A DNA stretch of 64,000 bases. It comes from an uncultured Desulfosarcina sp. (GTDB taxonomy: Bacteria > Desulfobacterota > Desulfobacteria > Desulfobacterales > Desulfosarcinaceae). Made by a program: the position numbers and the translations under genes. Below, piece by piece: positions 28,137 to 37,101 of the stretch (its first letter is position 1; every line of letters begins with the position of its first letter). A model generated the notes under the pieces. That model made no database searches and was not told the DNA's origin. It saw only the letters and a list, made by a program, of their open reading frames with translations. Location: the NCBI GenBank assembly GCA_963674945.2, contig CAXXWQ010000003.1, forward strand, positions 1,728,001 to 1,792,000, written 5' to 3'.

Positions 28137-28852
28137 CTTTTCTTTTGTACATCCTCCACATGGCGCATAAACACCTCTTCCAGCGTTTCATTCTCACCGA
28201 CGATCTGCCCAAGGTCGCCCTTGGCGACAATCCCGCCGTTGTTCATGATCGCAACCGAATCACAGAGCCGTTCCACCTCCGAGAGTAGATGAGAATTTAA
28301 AATGATGGTTCCTCCGCTCTTTTTGAACGCTTCGAGAATCACACGAACATCGCGCATGCCAAGCGGATCCAGGCCCGATACCGGCTCATCCAGGACCAGC
28401 AGCTCGGGATCGCCCAGAAGGGCCGCCCCGAGCCCGATGCGCTGTGTCATCCCCTTTGAGTAACCGGCAGCCTTCTTTTTTTCCTGGCCGTCCATACCGA
28501 CCCGTTTCAGTACGCCGTTTATCGCCGCCCTGGCGCGAGCGCCGCTCATACCGCAGAAGGCGGCATGGCGCAGCAGGTATTCCCGGCCGGACAGATGGGG
28601 GGGAATGCGGTGTATCTCCGCCAAGTAGCCCAGTTTCCTTCGCGATTGGGGCCTGCCTGCCGCCAAGCCTCCGATGATGATCCTTCCTTTCGTACAACGC
28701 GAAAAACCAAGCATCAGACGCACAAGGGTTGTCTTGCCGGCTCCGTTGGGGCCCAAAAGGGCAAAGGCCTCCCCTTTGCGGACAGAATAGGAAACCCGGT
28801 CCACCGCCACGAACGTTCCGAATCGTTTTGTCACATTTTCAAATGAAATCAT
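28133..28852 (-). CDS. ABC transporter ATP-binding protein
   Basis: Motifs GPNGAGKT, YSKGM, LDEPVSGLDP and SH. Confidence 0.95.
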   Translation of the reverse strand: MISFENVTKRFGTFVAVDRVSYSVRKGEAFALLGPNGAGKTTLVRLMLGFSRCTKGRIIIGGLAAGRPQSRRKLGYLAEIHRIPPHLSGREYLLRHAAFCGMSGARARAAINGVLKRVGMDGQEKKKAAGYSKGMTQRIGLGAALLGDPELLVLDEPVSGLDPLGMRDVRVILEAFKKSGGTIILNSHLLSEVERLCDSVAIMNNGGIVAKGDLGQIVGENETLEEVFMRHVEDVQKKR

Positions 28853-29353
28853 GTGTTGACCTGTTCTACCCACCCAAATATAGGATCACAGCAATGATTG
28901 AAAGAGGATAAGAATACGATTCAAATGAATCCCTTCTATTTCTCCATTCGACGGTATGAAAGCCGTTGTATCAGTTTGTTTCCGCCATTTACAGGGAAAA
29001 AGGCAAAATGCATCATTTTCACCGAATCCCCTTACCGTGATGGACAACGATACGGCTTTTGTTCAACTGCAACAAAACGAAACGGAAGGTGAGGGCTACA
29101 CGATTCTATATCGTGATATTTCTTCCGAAATTTCTATAATGGCGCCAGACGGGGAGGAATCGAACCCGGAACCATTGATATGGCAGATGAGCTTGCAGGT
29201 TGCGAATATAGATTCCAAGGATGAAGACGGTAATATTGTATCAGCTTGTCAAGGCACTAAGAGAATCTTGATGAGCTGTAAAACAAAGGGTATACTTGGC
29301 TTATTTTCCAGTGTCAACGAGGCAGAACGGGGGGATCAAGATGGAGGTCGGAA

Positions 29354-29749
29354 ATGCCATACGAAATAACCTATCTTGATGAAGTAGGAGGTATAATAAC
29401 AACGTATTGGGGGACGATAGAAGACAGCGACATCATAAAAAGTGGGCAAGAAAAGTTGTTGTCGCTGGAAAGGTTAAGATCTTTTCGTTATTCGATTACG
29501 GACTTAAGCCGGGTTGAAAATTTCAATTTGACCTCGGAAGGCATCCAACACAATGTGGATATTACCGCTGAGATAATCAAGGGGAACGATGGTATCATTG
29601 TGGCATTTGTTCTACCTTCCGATGTTGAATACGGTATGGGTCGAATGTGGCAGTCATATGGGGATACATACGGCATAAGCTCTTATGTCTGCAGGTCTCG
29701 GACGGAAGCGGAAGCGTGGATCAGAAAAAACGTAAAACAGCAGGCATAG
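29354..29749 (+). CDS. Small STAS/SEC14 (SpoIIAA-like) fold protein
   Basis: GGAGG RBS. Pattern ITDLS...VAFV..SDVEYGMGRMW...EAEAWI. Confidence 0.6.
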   Translation: MPYEITYLDEVGGIITTYWGTIEDSDIIKSGQEKLLSLERLRSFRYSITDLSRVENFNLTSEGIQHNVDITAEIIKGNDGIIVAFVLPSDVEYGMGRMWQSYGDTYGISSYVCRSRTEAEAWIRKNVKQQA

Positions 29750-29851
29750 CAAACAGCAAAGGTGCGATCCGGGTCTGTCCGGGTCGCCAGAACGGTCAAG
29801 ACACGCGTCCATACGTGGAACATTATCGACACCTGGAATAGAAAACGTCGA

Positions 29852-31150
29852 ATGAAAGCCAAAATCCGCAAAACCTTCCAATTTGGATTCAATTGCCTGA
29901 TGGCTGTCATGATTGCCGGCTGCGCCGTTGGTGGATTCAACCCTTCATCGATGAATGAAATCAATTTCCGCGATCGCGCGGTATCTGAATACGATGAAGA
30001 TGTTCGTGTGACCGTTGCCGTTCCCAACGAATCTGAGGCAAGGGCGCTGTTCGGTGCGGATCTGGCCACCAAGGAGATTCAACCGATCTGGGTCAAGGTA
30101 GAGAACCACAGCAATCGAACATACTACCTCATTACCACGGCTGTTGATCAGAACTATTTTTCTCCCATGGAGGCGGCTTACGCCACTCATTCCGGTTTAC
30201 GTCGATCCGCCAAAAGCGCCATGGACAGATATTTCCGATTAATGAGCTTTAGAAACCCCGTAATGCCAAACACGGCGGTTTCGGGATTCATTTTTACCAA
30301 CCTCGACCAGGGCGAAAAGATCGTACAGGTCGACATGATTGCCAATCAACAGATTAAATTCTATACTTTTTTTGTTCAAATACCAGGCATGCGAATTGAT
30401 TACCGGTCAGTTGATTTTAACAATCTTTATCCGGATGTTGAAAGAAAAGATCTAGATCTGGAGGAGCTAAGAACGGCGCTTGAGAAATTGCCGTGCTGCA
30501 CCACCGACCAGGAGCAACTGCATTTGGGGGACCCCCTCAACCTCGCAATCGTCGGAGACTTTACCAATATTGCCGCTGCGTTTGTCCGCAGGGGTTGGCT
30601 TCCGGCAGAAGAGACCTACTCGACGGCTGTTTGGAAAACAATCAAATCGTTTCTCTTCGGCGGGCAATACAGATATTCTCCAGTGAGTTCACTCTATCAT
30701 GACGGTCGCCATCAGGACCTTGCACGACAAAAACCGCGGCACGACATCCACGAACGCAATCATCTGCGCCTTTGGTACACGCCGATGCGATTCGATGGCA
30801 AACCCGTTTTTATCGGACAGGTCAGCCGTGATATTGGCGTCCGCTTCACATCGAAAACCTAGCCTCCCGTCACTCACAAAATAGATCCGGATATCGACGA
30901 GGCGCGAAATGCACTTATCGAGGATCTTTTGTTCTCACAAGCGCTTGCCCGGATTGGTTTTGTAAATGGTGTCGGCGCAGCCAAGCCGTCTAAACCAAGA
31001 AAGAATCTGACCGGCGACCCCTACTACACCGATGGATTGAGGGCAGTACTCTTTTTTGCGCCGGGCCCCATTTCCCTGGAGCAGATTCGTACGATTGATG
31101 CCTGGGTGCAACCACCGCTGATCAGTTTCGATTCTTTTACCTTAAAATAA
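29852..31150 (+). pseudogene. LssY C-terminal domain lipoprotein interrupted by one in-frame TAG (30860-30862)
   Basis: Lipobox IAG-C. LssY_C-like motifs GDPLNL, YRYSPVSSL, ERNHLRLW and GQVSRDIG. The frame continues after TAG as PPVTHKIDPDIDEAR...NLTGDPYYTDG to TAA 31150, joining track ORF 30929..31150. Confidence 0.75.
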
Positions 31151-31165
31151 CGACAGGACGGTCGA

Positions 31166-32140
31166 ATGAAGATACGTATTTTTATTGTGATCGTTATTGC
31201 CTGCCTGATTTTCAGACCCGGCCCTGTTGGAAGTCAGACCAAACCCCGCTTCGTGACCATTGGATCGGGCGATGCCACCGGGGTCTATTTTCCCATTGGA
31301 CTGGCCATTGCAAAAATGATGAACGATAAGCGCCAGGAATATGGAATCCGGGCGACCGTCGAATGTACACAGGGTTCGGTCTACAACATTGATGCGATTA
31401 CAGCCGGAAACCTGGAGTTCGGTCTGGTGCAATCGGACAAACAATATCAGGCCGTCAATGGGATGGCGGAATGGCGCAACAGGGGCCCCCAGCCGGGACT
31501 GCATTCCGTGTTCAGTCTCCACCATGAATTCATCACCCTGGTGGCCGCAGCCGACGCTGAGATACAGACCCTGGCCGACCTTGAAGGCAAACGGGTCAAC
31601 CTCGGCAATCAAGGTTCAGGCCAGCACAAAAATGCGATCGATGCCTTATCAGCTGCTGGACTATCGCCCGCGAAAGATATTATTGCGACGAAAGTGAATA
31701 CCCCCGAGGCCCTTGATTTGCTTCAGGCGAACCGTATCGACGCTTTTTTCTGCACCTTGGGGCAGCCTAGCGAAATTCTTATTGCAGCAACCACCGGCAA
31801 GCGCCCGGTACGTTTCGTTCCCGTGTCCGGCCCAGGCATCGATCGGTTGGTCCGCGATAAAAATTACTATGTAAAAGATCGCATATTGGCAGAAAAATTT
31901 TACCCGGGTGCCGTAGGTCCGAAGGAAGTGCAGACCATCAGCGTCGTCGCGACCCTGTGTACTTCTTCAAAGGTTTCGGATGAAGTCGTTTATTCAATTG
32001 TCAAAGAGGTGATAACTAATTTCGAGGACCTAAGAAATACGCATCCGGCTCTATCGAATTGGTCCTTAAAAGGGTTGCTTACAGGACTCAGCGCTCCGAT
32101 TCATCCCGGTGCGAAAAAGTTTTTTATGGAAGTTGAATAA
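31166..32140 (+). CDS. TAXI family TRAP solute-binding protein
   Basis: Signal peptide. Motifs VTIGSG..TGVYFPIG, GSVYNI, GKRVNLG..GSG and PIHPGA. Confidence 0.9.
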   Translation: MKIRIFIVIVIACLIFRPGPVGSQTKPRFVTIGSGDATGVYFPIGLAIAKMMNDKRQEYGIRATVECTQGSVYNIDAITAGNLEFGLVQSDKQYQAVNGMAEWRNRGPQPGLHSVFSLHHEFITLVAAADAEIQTLADLEGKRVNLGNQGSGQHKNAIDALSAAGLSPAKDIIATKVNTPEALDLLQANRIDAFFCTLGQPSEILIAATTGKRPVRFVPVSGPGIDRLVRDKNYYVKDRILAEKFYPGAVGPKEVQTISVVATLCTSSKVSDEVVYSIVKEVITNFEDLRNTHPALSNWSLKGLLTGLSAPIHPGAKKFFMEVE

Positions 32141-32151
32141 AACCGGCGATG

Positions 32152-34110
32152 CTAAGACCTGTTTTTACTTCGATCAAGGACGATTCTTACCGTTATCGCC
32201 AATTTTTCAAGTGTGAATGGCTTATAAACAAACTCTTCGATACCGATCTCATCCGCTTTCTCCTTGCATATCCGATCGCTGTAGCCGGTACACAAAATAA
32301 TCGGGATATCCGGTCGTATTTTCATGAGCTCCATGGCCAGCTTATCGCCGCTGATTTTCGGCATCGTCATGTCCGTGATGACCAGATCGAAATAGGCAGG
32401 GTTGGATTTGAACTGCTCCAGCGCCTGCCGGCCGTCAATTTTTGTGGCCACCTCGTAACCCAACTTTTCCAACTGCGCCTTCCCCAGTTCAACAAGAATT
32501 GTTTCATCGTCGACAAACAGAAGCCGTTCGTTACCGGTGGGTAGATTTTGTCTCTTTTCAACGTTTTCTTTTTTGTTTGTATGTTCAATTCTCGGAAAAT
32601 AGACGGTAAACACACTCCCTTCATTTACTGTACTTTCCACCATGACCGCCCCAAAGTGACTTCTTACGATCCCATGAACGACGGAAAGCCCGAGCCCCGT
32701 ACCTTCGCCTTTTTCTTTTGTGGTATAATAGGGTTCGAAGATCCGTTCTACCACAGACTCTTTGATGCCGTGCCCGGTATCGGCCACGACAAGCTTCATC
32801 GCGGGGCCTGCATTCAGCTCTGCATGCGACAGTGCCATTTGTTCATCCACATCGACGGCGAAAAGGGATATGGTAAGAACCCCTCCATCCGCGCGCATGG
32901 AATGGTACGCATTGGTGCAAAGGTTCATGACCACCTGATGGATCTGGGTCGGATCTCCCATAATGATACCATTTTCCAGGTGCTCTTTTATTTCGATCGA
33001 CGATGGTATGGATGAACGCAGCAAACCCAATGCTTCCATGACCACTGTTTTAAGATCGATCGGAATGAACTCTGATTCGGAGCGCCGACTGAAAGCAAGT
33101 ATCCGCCGAACGAGATCTGCGGCCCTAGTACTGGCTTTGAGCACTTCCAAGAGTCCTATTTCCGCTTCGCTTCCTTTGAGTACCGAAGTTCTCGCCAATT
33201 CAGAGTAACCGATAATGGCGGAAAGGATGTTATTAAAATCGTGTGCAATCCCTCCGGCAAGATTTCCCAAAGATTCAAGTTTTTGCGCCTGACGCAGTTG
33301 GTTTGTCAGATCTTTTTCTAATTTTTCCGACGCTATCTTTTGGGTGATATCTTCCGATAGCCCCAGCAGAAACAAAGGAGTGCCTTCTTCGTTCAGAATC
33401 GGTATTTTCTTTGTATGCAGTATCCGCACCCCTTTCGTTTTTGTCTTGATCGTCTCCACTGGTATCTCTAAAAGTTGTCGTGTAACAAGGGTATCCCGGT
33501 CTGTGGCCGTAAAAAAGTCGGCCTCCTCTTCGGTGAAAAGATCATGATCGGATTTGCCGATCAACGCTTCCCTGGAGATTCCCAACAACTCCTCGACTGC
33601 CTTGTTGATCCGTACAAAATGTAAATTTTTAGCATCTTTGATAAAGATCATATGAGGAATGTTCTCGATGATTGCCGTGAGAAACTCTTCCCTTTCCTTG
33701 AGAAGGTTTAGGTTCTGGATACGTTCACGCCGGATCTTTGCTTCTCGCAATTCCCGGTTGACGGCGGGGATCAAACGTTCCAGCTTGTCTTTCATCAGGT
33801 AATCATGAGCGCCTTCTTTCATGGCCTCGACGGCGACATCTTCTCCAACGGTTCCGGAGACAATGATAAAAGGGATTTCCAGGGCGTATCGCTTATAGAT
33901 CTCAAGGGCCTGTAAACCAGTAAAACTTGGCATGGAATAATCGGAGAGAATCAGATCCCATTGTTTTTCATTGAGCGCTTGAATCATGACGTCCGCATTT
34001 TGAACCCGCTCCCAGGTCAAATCAAAACCGCCCTTTCTCAGTTTTCGGATCAGGAAAACGGCGTCTTCTTCCGAGTCCTCCACCAGCAGAACGTTCAATG
34101 TCGGCTTCAT
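32152..34110 (-). CDS. Hybrid sensor kinase REC-PAS-HisKA-HATPase-REC
   Basis: N-terminal REC (LILSD), PAS (IFIKD), H-box GIAHDFNNIL, NLCTNA, GTGLGL and C-terminal REC (VITDMTMP). Confidence 0.92.
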   Translation of the reverse strand: MKPTLNVLLVEDSEEDAVFLIRKLRKGGFDLTWERVQNADVMIQALNEKQWDLILSDYSMPSFTGLQALEIYKRYALEIPFIIVSGTVGEDVAVEAMKEGAHDYLMKDKLERLIPAVNRELREAKIRRERIQNLNLLKEREEFLTAIIENIPHMIFIKDAKNLHFVRINKAVEELLGISREALIGKSDHDLFTEEEADFFTATDRDTLVTRQLLEIPVETIKTKTKGVRILHTKKIPILNEEGTPLFLLGLSEDITQKIASEKLEKDLTNQLRQAQKLESLGNLAGGIAHDFNNILSAIIGYSELARTSVLKGSEAEIGLLEVLKASTRAADLVRRILAFSRRSESEFIPIDLKTVVMEALGLLRSSIPSSIEIKEHLENGIIMGDPTQIHQVVMNLCTNAYHSMRADGGVLTISLFAVDVDEQMALSHAELNAGPAMKLVVADTGHGIKESVVERIFEPYYTTKEKGEGTGLGLSVVHGIVRSHFGAVMVESTVNEGSVFTVYFPRIEHTNKKENVEKRQNLPTGNERLLFVDDETILVELGKAQLEKLGYEVATKIDGRQALEQFKSNPAYFDLVITDMTMPKISGDKLAMELMKIRPDIPIILCTGYSDRICKEKADEIGIEEFVYKPFTLEKLAITVRIVLDRSKNRS

Positions 34111-34562
34111 CGTTTTATCTCCAGATGATCCGGCGTTTCATTCAATATCAGCCAGTAAAGCCCGAGCTTCCCGACGGTATCGATGAATTGCCCGAAATCC
34201 ACCGGCTTTTGAATGAAGCTGTTTGCACCCAGACGATAACTTTTGACAATATCGATTTCTTCCTTTGATGTGGTCAATACCACCACAGGCAAAATGGCGG
34301 TTCGCTGATTGGCCCGGATCTCCCGTAACACCTCATGACCGTCCAGTTTTGGCAATTTGAGATCGAGCAGAACAAGCTGGGGAAGATCGGGAAGGCCGCT
34401 GCCTTCAAATTCGCCACGGCCGAATAGGATATCCAAGGCCTCCACACCGTCCCTGGCCACCACGATATGGTTGCCGATCTTATTCTTCTTGAGCGCTCTA
34501 ATGGTCAGCGCTTCATCATTGGGATCATCTTCAACCAATAGAATCGTCTTTTCCTTCAACAT
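34107..34562 (-). CDS. Single-domain response regulator (Rcp1/CheY-like)
   Basis: Motifs LLVEDD, LLDLKLP and GANSFIQKP. ATGA overlap with the downstream kinase. Confidence 0.92.
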   Translation of the reverse strand: MLKEKTILLVEDDPNDEALTIRALKKNKIGNHIVVARDGVEALDILFGRGEFEGSGLPDLPQLVLLDLKLPKLDGHEVLREIRANQRTAILPVVVLTTSKEEIDIVKSYRLGANSFIQKPVDFGQFIDTVGKLGLYWLILNETPDHLEIKR

Positions 34563-34601
34563 CTTTCCCCCCTTGGAGATCGAACGGAATATGGTAAATG
34601 A

Positions 34602-36476
34602 TTATTCAATGATAATATAAAATGTGGCTCCTTTATCGATTTCACTTTCCGCCCATATGGTTCCGCCATGTCTGTTGACGATACGTTGCACGGTCGCAAG
34701 CCCGATCCCGGTTCCTTCGAATTCATCCTTGCCATGCAAACGCTGGAAGGCGCCGAATAGTTTATCCGCGTAGGCCATGTCGAACCCGGTACCGTTATCT
34801 TTGACAAAGAACACGGTTTTTCCCTTATGCCCCAATTTTTCAGCCGATACCGGGTCTACACAGTTGATCTCAATTTCCGCTCGATTACGAATACGGCTGA
34901 ACTTCCAAGCATTTCTCATGAGATTGTCCAGAACGATATGCAACAACCGCTGATCTGCCCGGACAAAAAGGTCGGGTGCGATGGTGAATATCACGTGGCG
35001 TTCCGGTTCGCCCTGGGTCAGATCGTCCGCGATTTCCCGGGCCATCATGGTCACGTCAACCGTGGTACGACGAAGTTCCCGGCGGCCGATTCTGGAGAGC
35101 ATGAGTATATCATCGATAAGACGGCCCATCAGCGAGCAGGCATTCCTGATCCGTTCGAGGTATGATTTGGCATCTGGATCCAATTGATCTTGGTAATCTT
35201 CCGCCAGAGCAAGACTGAATCCGTCGATGTGCCGTAAGGGAGCCCTGAGGTCATGGGATACGGAATAGGAGAAGGCTTCGAGTTCCTTGTTGGCATTTTC
35301 CAGTTGTGAAGTTCGTTGGCGGACACGCTGTTCCAGCTCTTCGTTCAGTTTTTGTATTTTTTCCTGGGCCTGTTTGTATTCGGTAATATCTTGAAAGATT
35401 GCAACCCTGCCGTAGAACTCGTGATTTTTTCCAATCATGGGACTGGAGTATCGTTGAAATGTCCGACCGTCCTTGAGACTGATCTGGTCACGGATCGTCA
35501 TACTGGAACTTGGGCGAAGTTTCTTCAGTTGCGCAGGGGAAACTTCCGTTGTAGCCATTTTGTCGTTTAGGGATTGCATATATTGTTCGCCTGACTTTGA
35601 GGCAACCACGTCGGCTGGTATCTCCCACATCTCGATAAAACGCCGGTTGACGGAAAGGATATTGTACCATTTGTCCAGCACGATAATGCCGTCAGGGGAA
35701 GTTTCCTGTTGGGTTTGAAGCCTGACATTCAACTCCATCAGCCCTTTGGTGTAATCATGGATTCGCATGAAAAGATCGTCCATTGCCGTTTTCACCGACC
35801 CGACCTCGCTGCTGATCCAGCCTTTGAGCACCGGCAATACCGCAATATCACCCGCCTCTTTATCGCGTAACGCTGTTGCCAATTGATGTAACGGTCGTAA
35901 CAGATGGATCAGAAGGCACCAGCAGATAAACAACATGACCATGATGGCTGCCGTAGCCATAAAAAAGCTGTTCATGACATCCGATTTTAATTGTTGATAA
36001 AAAGCCTTGCTTCCATAAAATTTGGCGATACCCAACAGCTCCTTGGAGGATCTATGGTACAAGGGGATTTCAACATCCAAATGACGATCTTCTCCATAAC
36101 CATCCCCGGATATTTGCCAACGAGCCACATCGAGCGAGCCTTTTTCCACCCGAAGGACGTCATAGTCGATGAAAAGCTCCACCCCTCGTAAGAGATGAGA
36201 TTGCGTGGCAGGATCGGTAAGCAGCAATACATCATCTATCATATGGATGATCGCACTGCGCTGAACGGTCGTTTCAGACAGTGCATTTGCAAGGCTCAGG
36301 GAGTGGGCCTGGGCCAGGGAATTAAGGTCGGACACCATTTCCATTTCAAGGCGCGGAGAGAGCACCATCAGCCAGAAAGAGACAAACACACCTTCAACAA
36401 GAAAGGCGGATAACACAAACATCAGTGTGATCCGGCCCCTCAGAGAGGAAAGGTTTTTATTCTCACTCTTCTTCAT
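34602..36476 (-). CDS. Membrane sensor histidine kinase (TM-periplasmic-TM-HAMP-PAS-HisKA-HATPase)
   Basis: Two TM segments. Phytochrome-type H-box FSYSVSHDLRAPLR, plus NAWKF, DNGTG and GTGIGL. Confidence 0.92.
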   Translation of the reverse strand: MKKSENKNLSSLRGRITLMFVLSAFLVEGVFVSFWLMVLSPRLEMEMVSDLNSLAQAHSLSLANALSETTVQRSAIIHMIDDVLLLTDPATQSHLLRGVELFIDYDVLRVEKGSLDVARWQISGDGYGEDRHLDVEIPLYHRSSKELLGIAKFYGSKAFYQQLKSDVMNSFFMATAAIMVMLFICWCLLIHLLRPLHQLATALRDKEAGDIAVLPVLKGWISSEVGSVKTAMDDLFMRIHDYTKGLMELNVRLQTQQETSPDGIIVLDKWYNILSVNRRFIEMWEIPADVVASKSGEQYMQSLNDKMATTEVSPAQLKKLRPSSSMTIRDQISLKDGRTFQRYSSPMIGKNHEFYGRVAIFQDITEYKQAQEKIQKLNEELEQRVRQRTSQLENANKELEAFSYSVSHDLRAPLRHIDGFSLALAEDYQDQLDPDAKSYLERIRNACSLMGRLIDDILMLSRIGRRELRRTTVDVTMMAREIADDLTQGEPERHVIFTIAPDLFVRADQRLLHIVLDNLMRNAWKFSRIRNRAEIEINCVDPVSAEKLGHKGKTVFFVKDNGTGFDMAYADKLFGAFQRLHGKDEFEGTGIGLATVQRIVNRHGGTIWAESEIDKGATFYIIIE

Positions 36477-37101
36477 GGCGCATCGAAACTCTTAAAAAGA
36501 AAGATTTAATCTGAATATTGGCCGCTTTCAGCGCAGAAATATTCAGATAGGGTAGAACCCTGTCACTGATGTGCATGCCCCCCGAAACACCCCGTTCCAC
36601 ATCCCCCTCAAAAGGCGAAAACAAGATGCATCGATGCTCCCTGGCAAAAGCAATAATGGAATTGAGCCTATGGGACAACGGTTGCGTCAGAAAGATACCG
36701 GCGATCGTCTGGTCCTTGTAATATTGATCAAAAGACTGTTCGACTGCGATATCCACGCGTATGGGCAGTCCACGGATTCGTCCCACGGATGTAAGATGCG
36801 CAGCGAATTCTTTTGCCTTCTCCGGATTGTTCGCATGCAACAGAAGCAGGCACAGCTTGCCGTCCCGGCCTGTCTTATTCCGGATGTTCAAGTCTGCCGC
36901 CAATAGGCTGGGAAACAGGTCCAGCCCGGCCCTGCAACGCACCGCTTCACGTTCCGCACCATGGGAAAAATCACCGAACGGATGAAGGGTAAGAATGGAC
37001 GCCAACAAAAGGAGAATGGCAAACGACAATCTGTCATTTCGGGTTTGAACGCGCATCCTGTTCACCTTCTCAATTCCTGCATTTTCGGTCTCAAGGTTCA
37101 A
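36463..37101 (-). CDS. YfiR/HmsC (DUF4154)-like periplasmic protein
   Basis: Signal peptide and two N-proximal Cys. C-terminal LPYLNISALKAANIQIKSFFLRVS resembles the YfiR-family tail. Overlaps both neighbours. The true start may be ATG 37056. Confidence 0.7.
   Translation of the reverse strand: MNLETENAGIEKVNRMRVQTRNDRLSFAILLLLASILTLHPFGDFSHGAEREAVRCRAGLDLFPSLLAADLNIRNKTGRDGKLCLLLLHANNPEKAKEFAAHLTSVGRIRGLPIRVDIAVEQSFDQYYKDQTIAGIFLTQPLSHRLNSIIAFAREHRCILFSPFEGDVERGVSGGMHISDRVLPYLNISALKAANIQIKSFFLRVSMRHEEE

Noticed and set aside
28956..29369. 137-aa ORF upstream of the STAS-like gene
   Set aside because: No RBS or recognisable motif, and it overlaps the next gene. It cannot be supported, though it is not excluded.
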